Below, in pieces: positions 13,579 through 27,565 of a stretch of 64,000 nucleotides of DNA. The number at the start of each line of letters is the position of its first letter. The stretch's first letter is position 1. Source of the stretch: Octopus sinensis (taxonomy: Eukaryota); NCBI RefSeq assembly GCF_006345805.1, contig NC_042998.1:91264001-91328000 (forward strand), in the 5' to 3' direction. The position numbers and the translations under genes are program-made. Under the pieces are notes generated by a model. That model saw nothing but the letters and a program-made list of their open reading frames with translations, did not search any database and was not told the origin of the DNA.

Positions 13579-14602
13579 CTTTTGTTTGGTATTTATGCAT
13601 GCGTTAGTATCTCCTTAACTTAACTTCACATGATATCTGTAAGTGTCATCATCTTACATGGAGTTTAATTAATTTCCAGTCTCTCCTGCGATGGGGAGAT
13701 ATTATCTTGCTTGGAACATGTTTTCACTGGAAGTGAAAAACACTGCTTGCATGATGGTAATGCACATTTTTCTAACTACTATGCGAGTCTGGTGCAGCCA
13801 TCTGATTCGCCAGTCCTCAGTCAAATCGTCCAACCCATGCTAGCATGGAAAGCAGACGTTAAACGATGATGATGATGATGCAATGTTAAGACAAAGAAAC
13901 AAATACACACAAATAAACATATATAACAGGCTTCTTTCAGGTTCTGTCTTACAAGGCTTTTGTAAGCCTTGGGCTATAGATAGCCACCTTGAACTTAAAG
14001 CTGGATATCACCAACAGAGCATGATAATCTAGTTAGCAACACTAACACACAATATGTTTGAAATATTGAGAATTTGAAAATTAATTTATTATAATTTCAT
14101 AAGAAAATAAACTAGAGGTGTTATTGCTTATGATATGGCTTGTGGCTACTGTAACTGAAAAACAGTTATAAACATTGATTTATTCATTATACTTAATGCC
14201 TCTTGCATCTCTTTTAAAATTATCTTGGAGCTGACTTTGTTTATTATCTGAGATTGACTAATCTGCTGGGGCTAATTAACTAAATGTGATAATTTTTACA
14301 AAACCAAAACTTGTGATTTTTTTATCATGTATAACTGTCAGTTAATTATTAAAATTTTTCTAAAATGAAAGCAAGCTGGCAGACTTATTAATGTGCCAGA
14401 CAAAATGTTTAGGGGTATTTTTTCTAGCTCTTTATGTTCACTGTTAAGATTCTGTCATGGTCAATTTCACCTTTCATCCTTTTGAGATTGAGAACTGGGG
14501 TCAATGTAATCAACTTCTCCCTCCCCTCAAATTGCTAACCTTGTGCCAAAATGTGAAACCATTAAATCATTCCTAAAATTCCATGTGAAATGTTATTTTC
14601 AG

Positions 14603-14693
14603 TGAAGAATCTCAGTGGCTAGGATTTACAGTGATTATTGACAACAGATCAGAAACGTGGTCAGATTTGTATTATCTTCTGGAGGTTTTAAAG
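14603..14693 (+). CDS. SESTD1: SESTD1-like coding exon 4
   Basis: ttttcag / (S)EESQWLGFTVIIDNRSETWSDLYYLLEVLK / gtaagg. Contains the GFTVIID.R SEC14 motif. Phase 2-0. Confidence 0.95.
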
Positions 14694-15798
14694 GTAAGGC
14701 ACTTCACACCTTTATTGTAAAACAAAGAAAATTGACAAAGTTATTAGGGTTTCAGATAAAATGTTGTATTTCATCCAACTTTTTGCATTCTGAGTTTTAT
14801 CCTTCCTTGGTCCATATAAAAGACAACCAATTTAGAGTGCTTGGTTGGTGGAATCATTAATGTGTCAGACATAATAATACCTTGTGGTATTTGTTCTAGC
14901 TCTTTTAATTCTGCTTTAAAATCCTGATGACACTTACTTAGGTGGTAGACTTGGTCTACTATCTGTAGGGTAAGAAGATTAATGCTATTTCTGGGCTTTA
15001 AAAATCACCACCTTGTCTTTGAGAACTTTAGTGGAGTCCACTCTGTAGCAAGCATTCAAGTTAGGCTTTTGGGCTTGAAGATAACACCTCTGTAGTCTTA
15101 GAGGCACTGTAAAATATCATGAGCACTGCTTGTCCCACCTGATTAAATGCTAAAATACTATTTCATTTAGCCTGCTAGAAATAACAGTCAAATCTCTTTC
15201 AAATGACATCTTACCATTTTAGAAAAGGAAGGACAAACTGGATAATTTAGTGCTAGATACATCATGCCTTAAAAAGAAGAGAAAGGACTAGTTGGTCACT
15301 GAAGTAATTGAATTAGGGCTAAACAACAAAAAACTATTTCGATTAAACATTTTGATATTTTTCTAGTGGATGAAATTTTGGTGGATCTGAAATGTGAAAA
15401 TTTCTGATTAGACTACCACCATCATCACTTCATCATCAACATTAATTTGTGTAATGTGCTGGACAGTGTTTTACAGTCAGAAATTCTTCCTGTCACAAAC
15501 CCTTTTAATCATTTTATAAGACATGCAATGATATGGTGTCCCTAATCTAAAATCAAGATACACTCTGTAATTAATGTCAGTTTATATATTTTGCTATAAT
15601 TGTTTTAGAACTTCAGTATTTTGAGGTCAATGTCTTGTTGGTATGATTTAACTTTTCATTTTCTTTTCTGAAAAGTCAGTAAAGCAAATGTCAGTAATAT
15701 AATGGAGCTCATAAAACAAGTGTTGTACTTAGTCAAAAGGAAAGAATTTAATACTTATTGTTGCTGAGTTCCAGCTTATCTCTAATCAAATAGATCTA

Positions 15799-17084
15799 TG
15801 ATGGGTGTTCATTAAAGATTTCCCCTGACCCACTTCTAATCATTGAAGGAAACGGAACTTGTACATGCATAATCATACATGTCTTTACGTGTCACATTGT
15901 AAATTTCAGCTTTCCACTAGTATTCGTTTCTTTTTTACTTCTGCTACTAAAGTGGACTAAGGGGCTATAATGGAGGTAATTGAATGCAGATTAGTGATCA
16001 GGTTCTTATACTTGAAAGGTCGTATACCAAAAGAAACTTTTGATGAAATGAAAGAAGTTTATGGTTAAAATGCAACATCATATGACATTGTGAAGCACTG
16101 GCATTGCCAGTTCAAATGTAGTTGGACATCAGTGGAAACTGCTCCCATTCCTGGATGGCCACATTCCACTATTGATGGATGACAACACCATCCATAAAGT
16201 GGAAGCCATCATTTTGGAGGATTGCTGCATAACTATTCGACAACTAGCCCAAGAAGTGAAAATGAATGTAGGGTTCGTGGAAAAAAAATCATTCACGACC
16301 ATTTGCACATGCAGAAGTTGTTTGCATGATGGATTCCTTGGACGCTCACACCTTTTCAGAAGCAGGAACAAGTCAATTGCTCCCAGGTTCTTTTGGCAAT
16401 GTGCCAAGAAAAAAGGGGAGGACTTTTGTGGCATACTTATCATACAGGATGAAACATCATTATGATCCTGAGACTAAAGTCCAGTCGAAGCAATGGAAGC
16501 ATGATAACTCACTACTTCCAAAGAAGGCTCCTGTCCAACCCTCAGCAGGCAAGGTGATGCTCACAGCCTTTTGGGACCTGTACAGAGTAGTGATGGTGGA
16601 TTTTCTGGCAAAGAGCACCACAATTAATGGTGTTTATTGATTATGTTTCTCTGCTGGAGAAATTGCTGGATGCCATCAAAGCAGAGAGACGTGGCATGCT
16701 GACCAAAGGAGTCTGCCTCCTCCAAGACAACGCCCCAGTTCACAATATGTATGTTGCCCAGATGAAAGCATACTCCTGCAGCTATGAAATCCTTCTTCAT
16801 CCCCTTTACTCTCCTGGCCTTGCACCATCTTTCCAACCATGAAGTCTTTCTTGAAGGGGAAACACTTTTCGGATGATGATGAACTTATTTCTGAAGTAAA
16901 GTCTTGGCTCAGACACAACCTACTGACTTCTACAAACAAGGTCTTCACAGCTGCATAAAATGGTGGTTGAAGTGTGTCACCATTGGTGGTGGCTATGTAG
17001 AGAAAGACTAATAATTATGCCAAGTTTTGTTTATCCCAGTTCTTGGGAAGTGAGTCAGGGGAAATCTTTAATGAACACCCCTCA
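15799..17084 (+). mobile_element. Mariner element, near full length, dead
   Basis: 38-bp TIRs (15799-15836 and 17047-17084, GGGTGTTCATTAAAGATTTCCCCTGAC) with TA on the left and TG on the right. 1286 bp. Confidence 0.93.
15970..17011 (+). pseudogene. Mariner transposase pseudogene
   Basis: MEVIECRLVIRFLYLKG...EVYG*...QDET...HYDPETK.QS.QW...KVML..FWD...LLQDNAP.H...YSP.LAPS. Contains stops and frameshifts. Confidence 0.92.
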
Positions 17085-17443
17085 TGTGATTAAATGCATT
17101 ACAGTCTAGATTATATTATCTTTTATTGAGACATAGTATAACTGAAATAATGTGATGTGATTTTACGGTTTGGCTGTTATTTCTAGTATATTGAGCGAAT
17201 CACATTGGGGTTGCCTCATTAGCTCATTCTAAAATATGAGTTAAATAAAAATGTATAGCTCGCTGCAAAGCATATTTCATTTCAATATCAACCAGTTGTT
17301 TAGACGTGATTATTTGAACTTGAAATGTTTCTCAGTTTTATAATGGTATTTTTATTTATTTTAACTTATTTGTTTTATTTTTCAGCATTAATTGTTTTTT
17401 ACAATTACAATTTAATTACATATATTTTCTACATTTCTTTCAG

Positions 17444-17536
17444 AAATCACTACTTGCACGATTAAAAAGAATTTTAATATTGAAAACATCTCCTGAAGAT
17501 ACTCCTAGACATTTGAATATAAAATATTCTGACGCG
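17444..17536 (+). CDS. SESTD1: SESTD1-like coding exon 5
   Basis: tctttcag / KSLLARLKRILILKTSPEDTPRHLNIKYSDA / gtactt. The donor is weak, but an in-frame stop follows if it is not used. Phase 0-0. Confidence 0.8.
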
Positions 17537-17859
17537 GTACTTTAACTTTAAATTCTTATGTAGGGATCACCAGCTTATCTTTGTAATGGGGCATTTTTAA
17601 TTATTTTACATTTATCTATGATTTACTAGTATATTTTACTAATAAAAATATCCCTACATATCTCTCCATTTCTATTACTTTACATTTAAATATATACATG
17701 GTTGCAGGTATGGCTCTGTGATAAGACTTTTGCTTCCACACCACATGGTTCCTGGTTCAGTCCCACTGGTGGCACCTTGGGCAAGTGTCTTCTATCGTAG
17801 ACTAGGGCCAAACAAAGCCTTGTGAGTGCGTAATTAATATAGGAGCATCGAAAAAAGCT

Positions 17860-18420
17860 AACTTGATAAAAAATAAACAACAATTGGATGCTGTAACTGC
17901 TGCTGCTGCAATAATGCACAAACTTTTGCTGTCAATCCTCAGAAGAGGAGATGTCGGTGAAAACAAAACAGCCAAACTTGCTATCTGCAATTCAGTTTTT
18001 ATACCTATTCTCGCCTATGGTCATGAATATTGGATAATGACCAAAAATGTATGATTGTGAATACAAGCAGCTGAAATGGGGTTCCTCTAGAGAATGTCTG
18101 GAGAAACTTAACTTAACAGGGTTTATAGCTCTGAGATCAGGGGTCTCTCCAAGTCAAGCTGCTACTTCTCTACAATAATGGTACTAAGGACATTTGATCA
18201 GAATGTTACTGGAAAGAATCACAAGACAAATTCTTCAAGCCAAGTCAAATAGCAGGAGGTCTAAGGGTAGACCAAGAATGAGATGGTCGAATAATATCCA
18301 TACTCTCAGTTGGTCATGTTTGGGGATCCAGCCAGGAAGTGTAATGACAGTTGCTTCTGATAGGACCCTCATGGAGGAGCTGTCTGGTCTCTCCCACTAT
18401 GACCCTTCCAGGAATAGATG
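17860..18420 (+). mobile_element. Older decayed RTE-like LINE fragment
   Basis: AICNSVFIPILAYGHEYW.MT, then IQAAEMGF and LIRM...KGRPR.RW. Confidence 0.75.
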
Positions 18421-18520
18421 TGGAAAAGATAGATGGGTGGGAATATTTTGTTGATGAATATTGATTTTTGTTTGCTTACCTTTGATATTTTTTCCTTTTC
18501 CTTATGAAATGCATTTACAG

Positions 18521-18634
18521 ATTCAGTTTGTCACATTAAAGCAGTTGACAAATTTTATAAGTCCCTACCAACTGACTGAAAATCTTGGTGGACAGTTACC
18601 TTTTAAACACAGCCATTGGCTTCAGAATCGTATG
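18521..18634 (+). CDS. SESTD1: SESTD1-like coding exon 6
   Basis: tttacag / IQFVTLKQLTNFISPYQLTENLGGQLPFKHSHWLQNRM / gtaagt. The QLT..LGG.L.F.H..WL..R motif ends the SEC14 domain. Confidence 0.95.
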
Positions 18635-19009
18635 GTAAGTATAAAGACCATTGCTGAGCATTTTGCATTGCATTTTTGAAATTTACTTTTATAAATTTTA
18701 ATTTTCTTTGGCTGTATAATACAGTAAATATTTTCAAAATTTTTTTTCATTAAGATTTAAACATAACCCTTCAAGTGTGTAATAGCAGTTAAAGTTTTGA
18801 TACCATAATATGGCAACTTTCTAAAAATTTTATAATATATCATAAAGGTATTGTTATTAATATAGATGTTTTTCCTATGTTAAATATTGACTCTGTTCAT
18901 TTTAGAAGACTTTCCACATCTACAATTTATAATTAACCACTGTTTTAAAATATGAAGTAAACTCTGATAAAAATACTACATTTTAATGTATCTTTTTTTT
19001 ATTCAATAG

Positions 19010-19187
19010 GATTTTGAAAAGTTCATGAAAGACTCTAAATCAGCTTCAAATCACTTAGATCATGCTGAAGCTCAGATCCACCGGGTTTATGCTAAAGATA
19101 ATTCAATAAGTCCAGTTGCTGATTTGAAGAGACGCCATAAATGGAATAGTACTGTGATATCTGTGCCTAAAAATGTTATTAATTATG
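19010..19187 (+). CDS. SESTD1: SESTD1-like coding exon 7
   Basis: caatag / DFEKFMKDSKSASNHLDHAEAQ...PKNVINY(G) / gtaagt. Phase 0-1. Confidence 0.92.
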
Positions 19188-21431
19188 GTAAGTTAAATGA
19201 ATTGAAGATACATTACCATATAAAAACCAAAAATTACAAAAATACATTTGTTTGAAATTTCCAGGATAAAGATATTGGTCTATGGAATAACTAGATTTAT
19301 TGATTCAACAACTTATAAGCAGCTTGAACTGCTGATACTCATTGGTTTGAATCATCATTGTTTTAATGTCCTTCTTTTTTCATGCTTGTATGGGGCCCTT
19401 CCCTTTGCCAACCCTTACCTGCTTCCAAGCAAGGTAATCTTTCCCCGTGGCCAGACAATGTTCATACAGAATATTGGAAATGAATGACATTGCTTATATG
19501 ACACTCATTTGCAACTATCACACAAGACAAGGAAACACAAACATACACAGACTCCATATATATATCATCATCATCATTATCATCATCGGATAACATTTGC
19601 TTTCCATGCTGGCACGGGTTGGACGGTGTAACTGAGAACTGGCAAGCCGGGAGGCTGCACAAGGTTCCAATCTGATTTAGCAAGGTTTCTACAGCTGGAT
19701 GTCCTCCCTAACGTGAACCACTCTGAGAGTGTAGTGAGTGCTTTTACATGCCACTGGTATGGGAGCCAGTCAGGCAGCACTGGCATCAGCCATGCTTGAA
19801 TGGTGCTTTTTACACACACACGCACACACATACACACTACTGGGTTCTTTCAGTTTCTATCTACCAAATCCACTCACAAGGTCTTAGTCAGCCCAAGCCT
19901 GTAGTAGAAACACTTGCCCAAGGTACTATACAGTGAGACTGAACTTGAAACCATGTGGTCAGGAAGCAAACTTCTCAACCACACAGCCACACCTGCACCC
20001 ACAGCCAGGCTTGTGTCTAATTCTATTATTATCAACTCTCACACTTAAAATACGCCTTGCAGTATTTGTTTTGTTCTGGTTTTTACTTGCTTGTTTCAGT
20101 CATTTAACTGCGGACATGCTGGAGCACTGCCTTTAGTCAAATTAAATTGACCCCAGGACTTATTCTTTGTAAGCCTAGTACTTATTCTATCGGTCTCTTT
20201 TGCTGAACCGCTAAGTTACAGGGACCTAAACACACCAGCATCAGTTGTCAAGTGATGTTGGGGAGACAAACACAGATACACAACATATACACACACATAC
20301 ATAGATATATACATATATACGACTGGCTTCTTTCAGTTTCCGTCTACCAAATCCACTCACAAGGCTTTGGTTGGCTCGAGGCTATAATAGAAGACACTTG
20401 CCCAAGGTGCTACACAGTGGGACTGAACCTGGAACCATGTGGTTACTAAGCAAGCTACTTACTGAGTTCAAATCTTGCCACGGTCAGCTGCGCCTTCCAT
20501 TCTTCCAGGGGTTTGATAAAATAAAATACCAGTCAAGCATATCTAAGATCAATTTAATCAATTTACCTCCTCCTTGCAAATTTCTGGCTTTGAGCCTATG
20601 TTAAAAAAAAATTCCTCTAAGTGTTACATCTTTCAAACTGTGTCCAACTACTTTTTTACAGCTCTTAATCGTCATCTTCCCATCACTGGCTATGTCAACT
20701 ATCAGCACACAGTATTTTTGCTAAGCCTATTCCATCTATTCCCTCCATATTTCTAAATCATTATAGTTGAATCTTCCTCCTGCAACAGCTGATGCATCTT
20801 AATATTTTACCTTGCATGTTTATTCTTGGTTATTTAGTACTCACTTTATGTAGTGAGTACTGTACTTTATTACTCATTTTATATATTGTATGAATGATAC
20901 TCAGTTCATTCCTCTCCAGCCAGTAAAGCTCTGCTTCACTGCCCGTCTCCTACTATTATGCAACATTGCACTTCTGTCATCATCTAAACTATCTTTCTTG
21001 TATAATCAGTTGTTTGGTCATCAGTAAAATCATAGATCATTAAGCTCCTTTAAGTTTATATGAACATTCAACAACTGGAACTAAGGAGTTTATTTAACCC
21101 TTTCAATATCAAACTACCTGAAACCGCTTCTGGATCTGTAGTATAAATGTCTTGTTTTCATAAGTTTTGAATTAAAATCTTCCACCAAGCCTTAGTCACA
21201 ATTTATGTTCCTAACACTAGCTTAATGATAACCAAGTTATTTTATTAAATTCTTTGTTATATTTAAAATTATTTGTAAGAAACAGAGTATCTCAAAAGAA
21301 ATACGGTAACAAAAGGGTTAAGTTAAATATATGCTGCCTGGTCCAGGAATTGAAACCACATCCTTATGATCAAAAGTTCAATTTACTAACTATAAGGCCA
21401 TTTGCCCTCTCTCTCTCTCTCTCTCTCCCTC

Positions 21432-21473
<42 letters not shown>

Positions 21474-21889
21474 TCTCTCTCCACACACACACATATATAA
21501 GAAATTAAAGAAGGAAAATGCACACACTTTACATAGTTTTAATATAATTTTGAATATATCTTACATTATGTTTGTCGCCCAGTTTCACTTTCACTAATCA
21601 TGACATGAAAAGTTATTTAAATACATATTTGCTTAAGAAATTTTTTTTTGTCCATGTTGTGTGTGGATTTTATGAATGAATGATTCAACAATTAGAAAAA
21701 TCTATAAGGAGGTAATTGGTTATCGTTATTATTGTGGACAGGGGAGATAATTGTTCATCTTTCAGTAAGAGGTGAGGAATATATATATACACAAAAATTC
21801 AAAAACTAGAGTAGTGGAGAGAAATATGTACAGTGATGGATATGTAATCGTGAATTAAAATATCATAGAGATCAAAGTTGGTTATGTGT

Positions 21890-22480
21890 GCATATTTAGA
21901 TATGTTATGTATTTTTCGATGAATAAATTTTCTTTATTTAAACATTCTTGTAAAGAAATTGTATCTTTGTACTAGTAGAAGGGGAAAACTGTGAAATTTG
22001 GTTTGATGTTACCTGCACATCTCTCTATGTGTTCACTTAAAGGAATCTGTCTGTATTACAGGGACCAGATCTGCTCTTTATGTAGAGTGGTTCTCCATCT
22101 CAATGTCATACTCATCTGTCCTATATAGTGATGTCCACAACCCAAGCAGGTTATTACATAAATTAGGTTTTCAGAGGTACAGGTGAAGTTAGTTTTAATT
22201 GTGAACCTCTCTCCTTGTTTGAAAAAGAAATCCAAGCCTTCAAGCAGGTTGGGGCAACATCCACAGTTTGGGCATCCACATTTTTTAATCGTTGGTTTCA
22301 TGGTTGTTATGTAAAGCCTCACATTTGTTAGAAGTCTCTTTAGCAATTTGTGTTGCTTTTTGCATTTGATGAATTTATGTGCTTTCAGGATGCTGTTCAT
22401 TTTCAAGCCTCTAGTTATTAAAGGGAAATTTTGCACAATAGTGTTGCATGCTTCATTGTTTCTAGGATGCCTCATTGTTT
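21890..22480 (-). mobile_element. PLE fragment (thumb, Cys-rich linker, GIY-YIG), Neptune/Poseidon-type, decayed
   Basis: ORF 22056-22475: KCGCPNCGCC...TCTSENLIYVITCLGCGHHYIGQ...LR.R.TLH.EQI. Continues after a shift as PLSEHIERC...F.VFPFY. Confidence 0.88.
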
Positions 22481-23133
22481 CTATGGATGTGTTTTATGTG
22501 TTATTTACACAAGTGCCTTTTATCTGGCATTGGCCATATATATCATCATCATCATCATCGTTTAATGTCTGCTTTCCATGATAGCATGGGGTGGACGATT
22601 TGAATGAGGATTGGCGAACCAGATGGCTGCACCAGGCTCCAATCTGATCTGGCAGGGTTTCTACAGCTCGATACCCTTCCTAATGCCAACCACTCCGAGA
22701 GTGTTGTGGATGCTTTCATATGCCATATACATGTATATATATTGAATATACAACAGGCTTCTAGAGTTTGATCAGCCTGGAGCTAGAGTAGATGACACTT
22801 GCCCAAGGTGCCATGCAGTGAGACTGAAACTGAAATCACATGGTTGCAAAGCAAACTTCTTAACCACACAGCCATGCTTGCAACCTAACAATTTATCTTA
22901 AAAAACAAGCAGTATTGACCATTTTCAAAATAATAAATTATTACATGTTTTCTTAATATAAATAAATGTTCTTTCTATAAATCACTGTTTGCTTCATTTA
23001 ATGTTTTATTATAATTTAGATGGTGTGGGTTGTTTATAAGATATTGACACAAGTCTGAGAATATGTTTGGAAACTTAGGATTAAAGCAAAATTAAATTTC
23101 TTTCCCTCGTATTTACTTTTTCATTTTCTTCAG

Positions 23134-23357
23134 GAAAAATTCTGTTGAATCAGTTGCAGAAAAATGGTGAACAGTCTTTCAGTAGTGAAGAAGATACAGT
23201 ATTTACTTTAGACAATTTAGAAACTCAGAAACAAGTGAAACGAGTTATCCATTTTTTGGAGAGAAAAATGGAAAGGTTGCTTCAAATCCAAGAAAATGAA
23301 ACTCCCTCAACTGGAAGGAAAGAAATAATTTCAGAATTACAAATTTCTATAAGTAAG
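23134..23357 (+). CDS. SESTD1: SESTD1-like coding exon 8
   Basis: cttcag / (G)KILLNQLQKNGEQ...EIISELQISISK / gtatgt. Phase 1-0. Confidence 0.92.
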
Positions 23358-23700
23358 GTATGTAATCATCATCATCATCATTGTTGTTTAACATCCGCTT
23401 TCCATGCTGGTACGGATTGGACAGTTTGACTGAGGACTGACGAGCCAGAAGGCTGCACCAGGCTCCAATCTGATCTGGCAAAGTTTCTACAGCTGGATGC
23501 CCTTCCTAACACCAATCACTCCAAGAGTGTTTGTGGGTGCTTTTATGTGCCACCAGCACGAGGGCCAGTCAGGTGGTACTGGCAACAACCATGCTCAAAA
23601 GTGTTTTTTACATGCTACCTGCACAGGAGCCTGACTGGCTGCACTGGCAATGACCATGCTCAAATGTTGCTTTTCATGTGCCAGTGTAATATATATATAT

Positions 23701-25247
23701 AGTTCAAATTTACAGAAAACAAAAGACAAACTCAGATGAAAGAACAACAAGCAAGTTTATTAGTTTGATGTTAGGGAAGAATGGAAAACTCTTTGATGTT
23801 TCGGCCGACACTTTTTGACAGAAAGGATTGAGAGGGAGGAAAAAAGGAGAGAGAACGTTAAAAAATGGAGAAAGAAAAAATGTGTATGGATTAATGGATC
23901 AACATGATGAAATGACTTGTGTGTATAGATGGAGAGAAGTGTATTCCCATGCAAGAAAAAAGATAGGAGAATTTGTTTTGTGGTTTGAAAATGCACTTGA
24001 ATTCCAAAGCATGTAGTCATTTTTAAATTTTGTAACAGATTTATTCAAATACAATTTTTTGCTTACAATGGTGAAAATAAAATAAACAAAAGGTTTAGGA
24101 GAGTTTATAGTTGCAAATTAAAATATGGAAAAATCTTTTTAAACAATCAAATGTTCAAATTTTCACATGAAATTTCAATGAGTTTCACAGGGATAGACAG
24201 TAAATGTCTTTAAACATGATTAAAATTTCAGTCATTTTTAGTTTTTATATAAAAAAAAAAGAGAAAGAGAAAAAGATGGATTGAAAGAAAAAACTGTTTT
24301 TTACAATCTCTGTCATAGTGCATGAAGAGTTCTTTCCTCAATTTCAGTCATAGTGCACAAGTTTCTTCACCTTGTTCACTTGGTAGAGTTCAAAATATAT
24401 GTCAAAATCATTTAGTATATATAGATTTTACTGTAAAGAATAAAATTTTGATTGGTTGTAATTTTGATGATGTCTTTTGTTTTTCTTGTGGGTGTTTTGG
24501 TCAAGATATTTTAGTTTTGGCAAGTCCAGTGTTCTGGTTGTTTGGCTTTCTGGTGACATCATTTGTTTGTTGAATATTTTCATTCCTTGTTGACCATTGT
24601 AAAGGGACAAATTCTGATTGGTTGTTAATTTAGCGATGTCATTTGTATTAATCAAAAATATTTTTATTTTGGTCAAGATTTTTTTGTTTTGGCAAAGTTC
24701 TACATTTTGGTTGGTTGACTTCTTGGTGAGGGCTTGGTAACCTGTTTTTGCCTGATGGTCATCTAGCATTCCAGTTTGTTGGTTCCCTTAAGAAGCTACT
24801 GGCTTGGTTGGCTCAATGATTTTTCTTTCTTCCTGAGAGTCCAATTTTGACCAGAGAAAAATCTCATTGGTTTAGTCTGAGGTAATGTCAGCAGCTGGTG
24901 TTTGAGAAGGTGTAAGGTGTTTATTGTACAGTAGTTTGGAGTTGGGAGTTTTTGCTTTCTGGTGTGTTATAGGATATTTAGTTGTGGTTGATATTTTTTG
25001 ATAAACATACTTTCTTTATTTAATCAGTGTTTCTGGTGCATTGATAGAGAATTAAAATCTGATATTTCAGATTTGTATTTTCAAGGTATTGGTCTAAGTA
25101 TTTACTTACAAGAATTTTCCTATTTGTGGGAGTCTCAGATTTCTTGCCTGTGTACATTCAGTCTGTTGTCTGTCCCTCAAGGTCAAGCTCACTTGACCTA
25201 TGTCGTCCCCACCACATCCATCACATCGACTGTGTGCTGTCAGTCTG

Positions 25248-25250
<3 letters not shown>
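23701..25250 (-). mobile_element. Decayed PLE 3' portion between (TA)n tracts
   Basis: Minus strand reads C.GCG..IGQ..LTLRDR and FIKKYQPQLNIL* (GIY-YIG end) at about 24970-25250, followed by a long 3' region. TA runs flank it at about 23690-23700 and 25251-25286. Confidence 0.7.
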
Positions 25251-25290
<40 letters not shown>

Positions 25291-25919
25291 GTTGTCTGGA
25301 AAGTTTGTGCCGATTTATAGTAGATTACTGTGTGTGTGTGTAACAAGCTTCTTTCAGTTTTTGTCTACCAAATTCTCTCACAAGGTTTTGGTTGGCCCAA
25401 GGCATTAATAAAAGATATTTGCCCAAGTCACCACGCAATAGTACTGAACCCTGAACCATGTGATTGAGAATTAAACTTCTTATCACATACCCATGCCTAC
25501 ACCTATTGATATATGTTTGTTCCACAATCACAAGGTTTTAGGTTCAGTCCCATTGTGTGGTACCATGGGCAAATATCTTCTGTTATATAGCCCTGAACTG
25601 ACAAATGCTTTGTGAGTAAATTGGTCGATGGAAGCCAAAGAGGTTTGTTGTATTTGTATATGTGTTAGTGTAGTGTTGTGTGTGTGTGATGAAAAGTAAT
25701 ATTTAATGGCATCACTTAAACTATAGTTTTCCATTGTATAAATAATTTCATTTAATTCTCTTTTCAATGTGAATTAATCTATTGAAAATTAAAACATTAA
25801 TTTTAAAAGTATTTAAAAATAATTTTGTATTAGTACTAAGTAATTTATATAATGTTATAGTAATTATATTATATTATATAATTTTATGGTAAATGTAATT
25901 TTAAATCTTCAATTAACAG

Positions 25920-26042
25920 GTTGTTGACTGGATTCTTGGACCTGGTGAAAAACTACTTTCGTGCAATATTGATATTGGAGATACATGTGAAACAGCTGAA
26001 AAATTCAGGAAAACGCATGAAGAATTGCAGATCAAGTGTGCT
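25920..26042 (+). CDS. SESTD1: SESTD1-like coding exon 9 (spectrin repeat)
   Basis: taacag / VVDWILGPGEKLLSCNIDIGDTCETAEKFRKTHEELQIKCA / gtaaga. Spectrin-repeat W and GD motifs; resembles SESTD1 VVNWLEGPG...GIGDS. Confidence 0.95.
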
Positions 26043-26816
26043 GTAAGAAAATAGTTATAATACTTTCTCACATGTAACCCTTATGTTACCATATTTCTGT
26101 TGAAATATACTGCCTTTGTTTTAATTAATCCTGAAAATAATGGAAAATTTTGTAAAATGTCTCTGTTGCTATTAAGCTGGTGTTTGGAACTTAAATTAAC
26201 ATGAAGGCTTCATTGAAGGTTTTAACTTAAATCACTTCTAAACAGGAAGTTTGTGTCATAGGGCTAAGGGCAGTTTCAGGTGGATTGGTATTAGAAGGGG
26301 TTAACCATTACATAGTTTGTACTTCAAGGAAAAATGCAGAAATATTAAAGAAAATTATGCTGAAAATGACCATGTTACTATGTTACTAATCTTTTAAGAT
26401 GCAAGCATGTGTTCCTTGCCTTATAAAGGAAACTTTTCTGGCCTTGAAATGGAAACCATTGTTAAAATCAAATACAGCACATAACTTTTTTCTGTCTTCA
26501 CAATCCACAATATTGATTCTGAACAGAACAATTCTGGGCATAAAACCTTGTTGCCTGTGGAGAGGTAAAGGCTACTGAAATCAACCTCAAATGTAAATTG
26601 GGTTAGAAGAAAATTTAGGGTCCATGGTTCTTTTCATCCTAGAAAGAGCCTCAAGACACATTGAAGGATTTGTACCCATGGCTTTAATAACTGGAGCCTC
26701 AGAAGAGCATATTCATTCATATCAAATTTAAATTCACACAGTTTAGTCAATTTTTATTTTTGTTCAAAAAAGTATTTTTCTTGAAAATCAACTCAATATT
26801 GCATCTTGCTTTGTAG

Positions 26817-27011
26817 GAAACATACGGAAATTATGCTGAATTGCGGCATAAAGCAGAAAAACTTGTTGAAGAGGATCATCCAAGCTATTCTGATGATATC
26901 CTTGCACAAAGAGACTATATGGATACAGTTTGTCGGAGTTTTGCTAGCAGATTAGAAAGACGCAAGATTCTGTTAATAACCTCAGTTCGCTTTCATCGTT
27001 TTGCTGAAGAT
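26817..27011 (+). CDS. SESTD1: SESTD1-like coding exon 10
   Basis: tttgtag / ETYGNYAELRHKAEKL...LLITSVRFHRFAED / gtaagt. Phase 0-0. Confidence 0.95.
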
Positions 27012-27490
27012 GTAAGTTTATTTAGCACCAATAATTTATTAGATAAATTATTTGCTACAAATGATTTGCTTCTCAGTTCAGAACTGTTTAGTAGTAAAAA
27101 TGATTATATAAAGTGAATCTTCTGATAACTCAAAATGAATGTAGAAATCTTCAAAACATCTAATAGTGCAATAGACTATGATTTTACAGAAATCAATTTT
27201 ATTTTGCATGATAATGAAATTACACTCCTTAAATGATATTTTCTATTTGGAGTGATATTTAATGGAAGTGTGAAATAGCTTAATCTCCATGTGCTTCTAC
27301 TTTGTGTTTATCTTTGTCATTGTTATGAAAGGCATCTATAGTGAGAACAAATGACTCAAAACAAAATATAGCAACTATTAGTGCTGTTATAAATGAATTA
27401 TAAATCTAAGAACAAGGGAAAAGAATATGTAGCTAAATTTGTCATTAGTACTGAAATATATTTTTTAAGCATAAGCCTGAAAAAGACAAC

Positions 27491-27565
27491 AAAGGATAAC
27501 CAGAAGTTATATAGTCACACACAAAAAAGGATAACCAGAAGTTATATAGTCACACACAAAAAAGG
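27491..27565. repeat. 35-bp perfect tandem duplication
   Basis: AAAGGATAACCAGAAGTTATATAGTCACACACAAA occurs twice in tandem. Confidence 0.9.

Noticed and set aside
23785-23830. Hammerhead-like CTGTCAAAAAG..GGCCGAAACATC on the minus strand
   Set aside because: The core is too degenerate and there is no helix II pairing in this copy.
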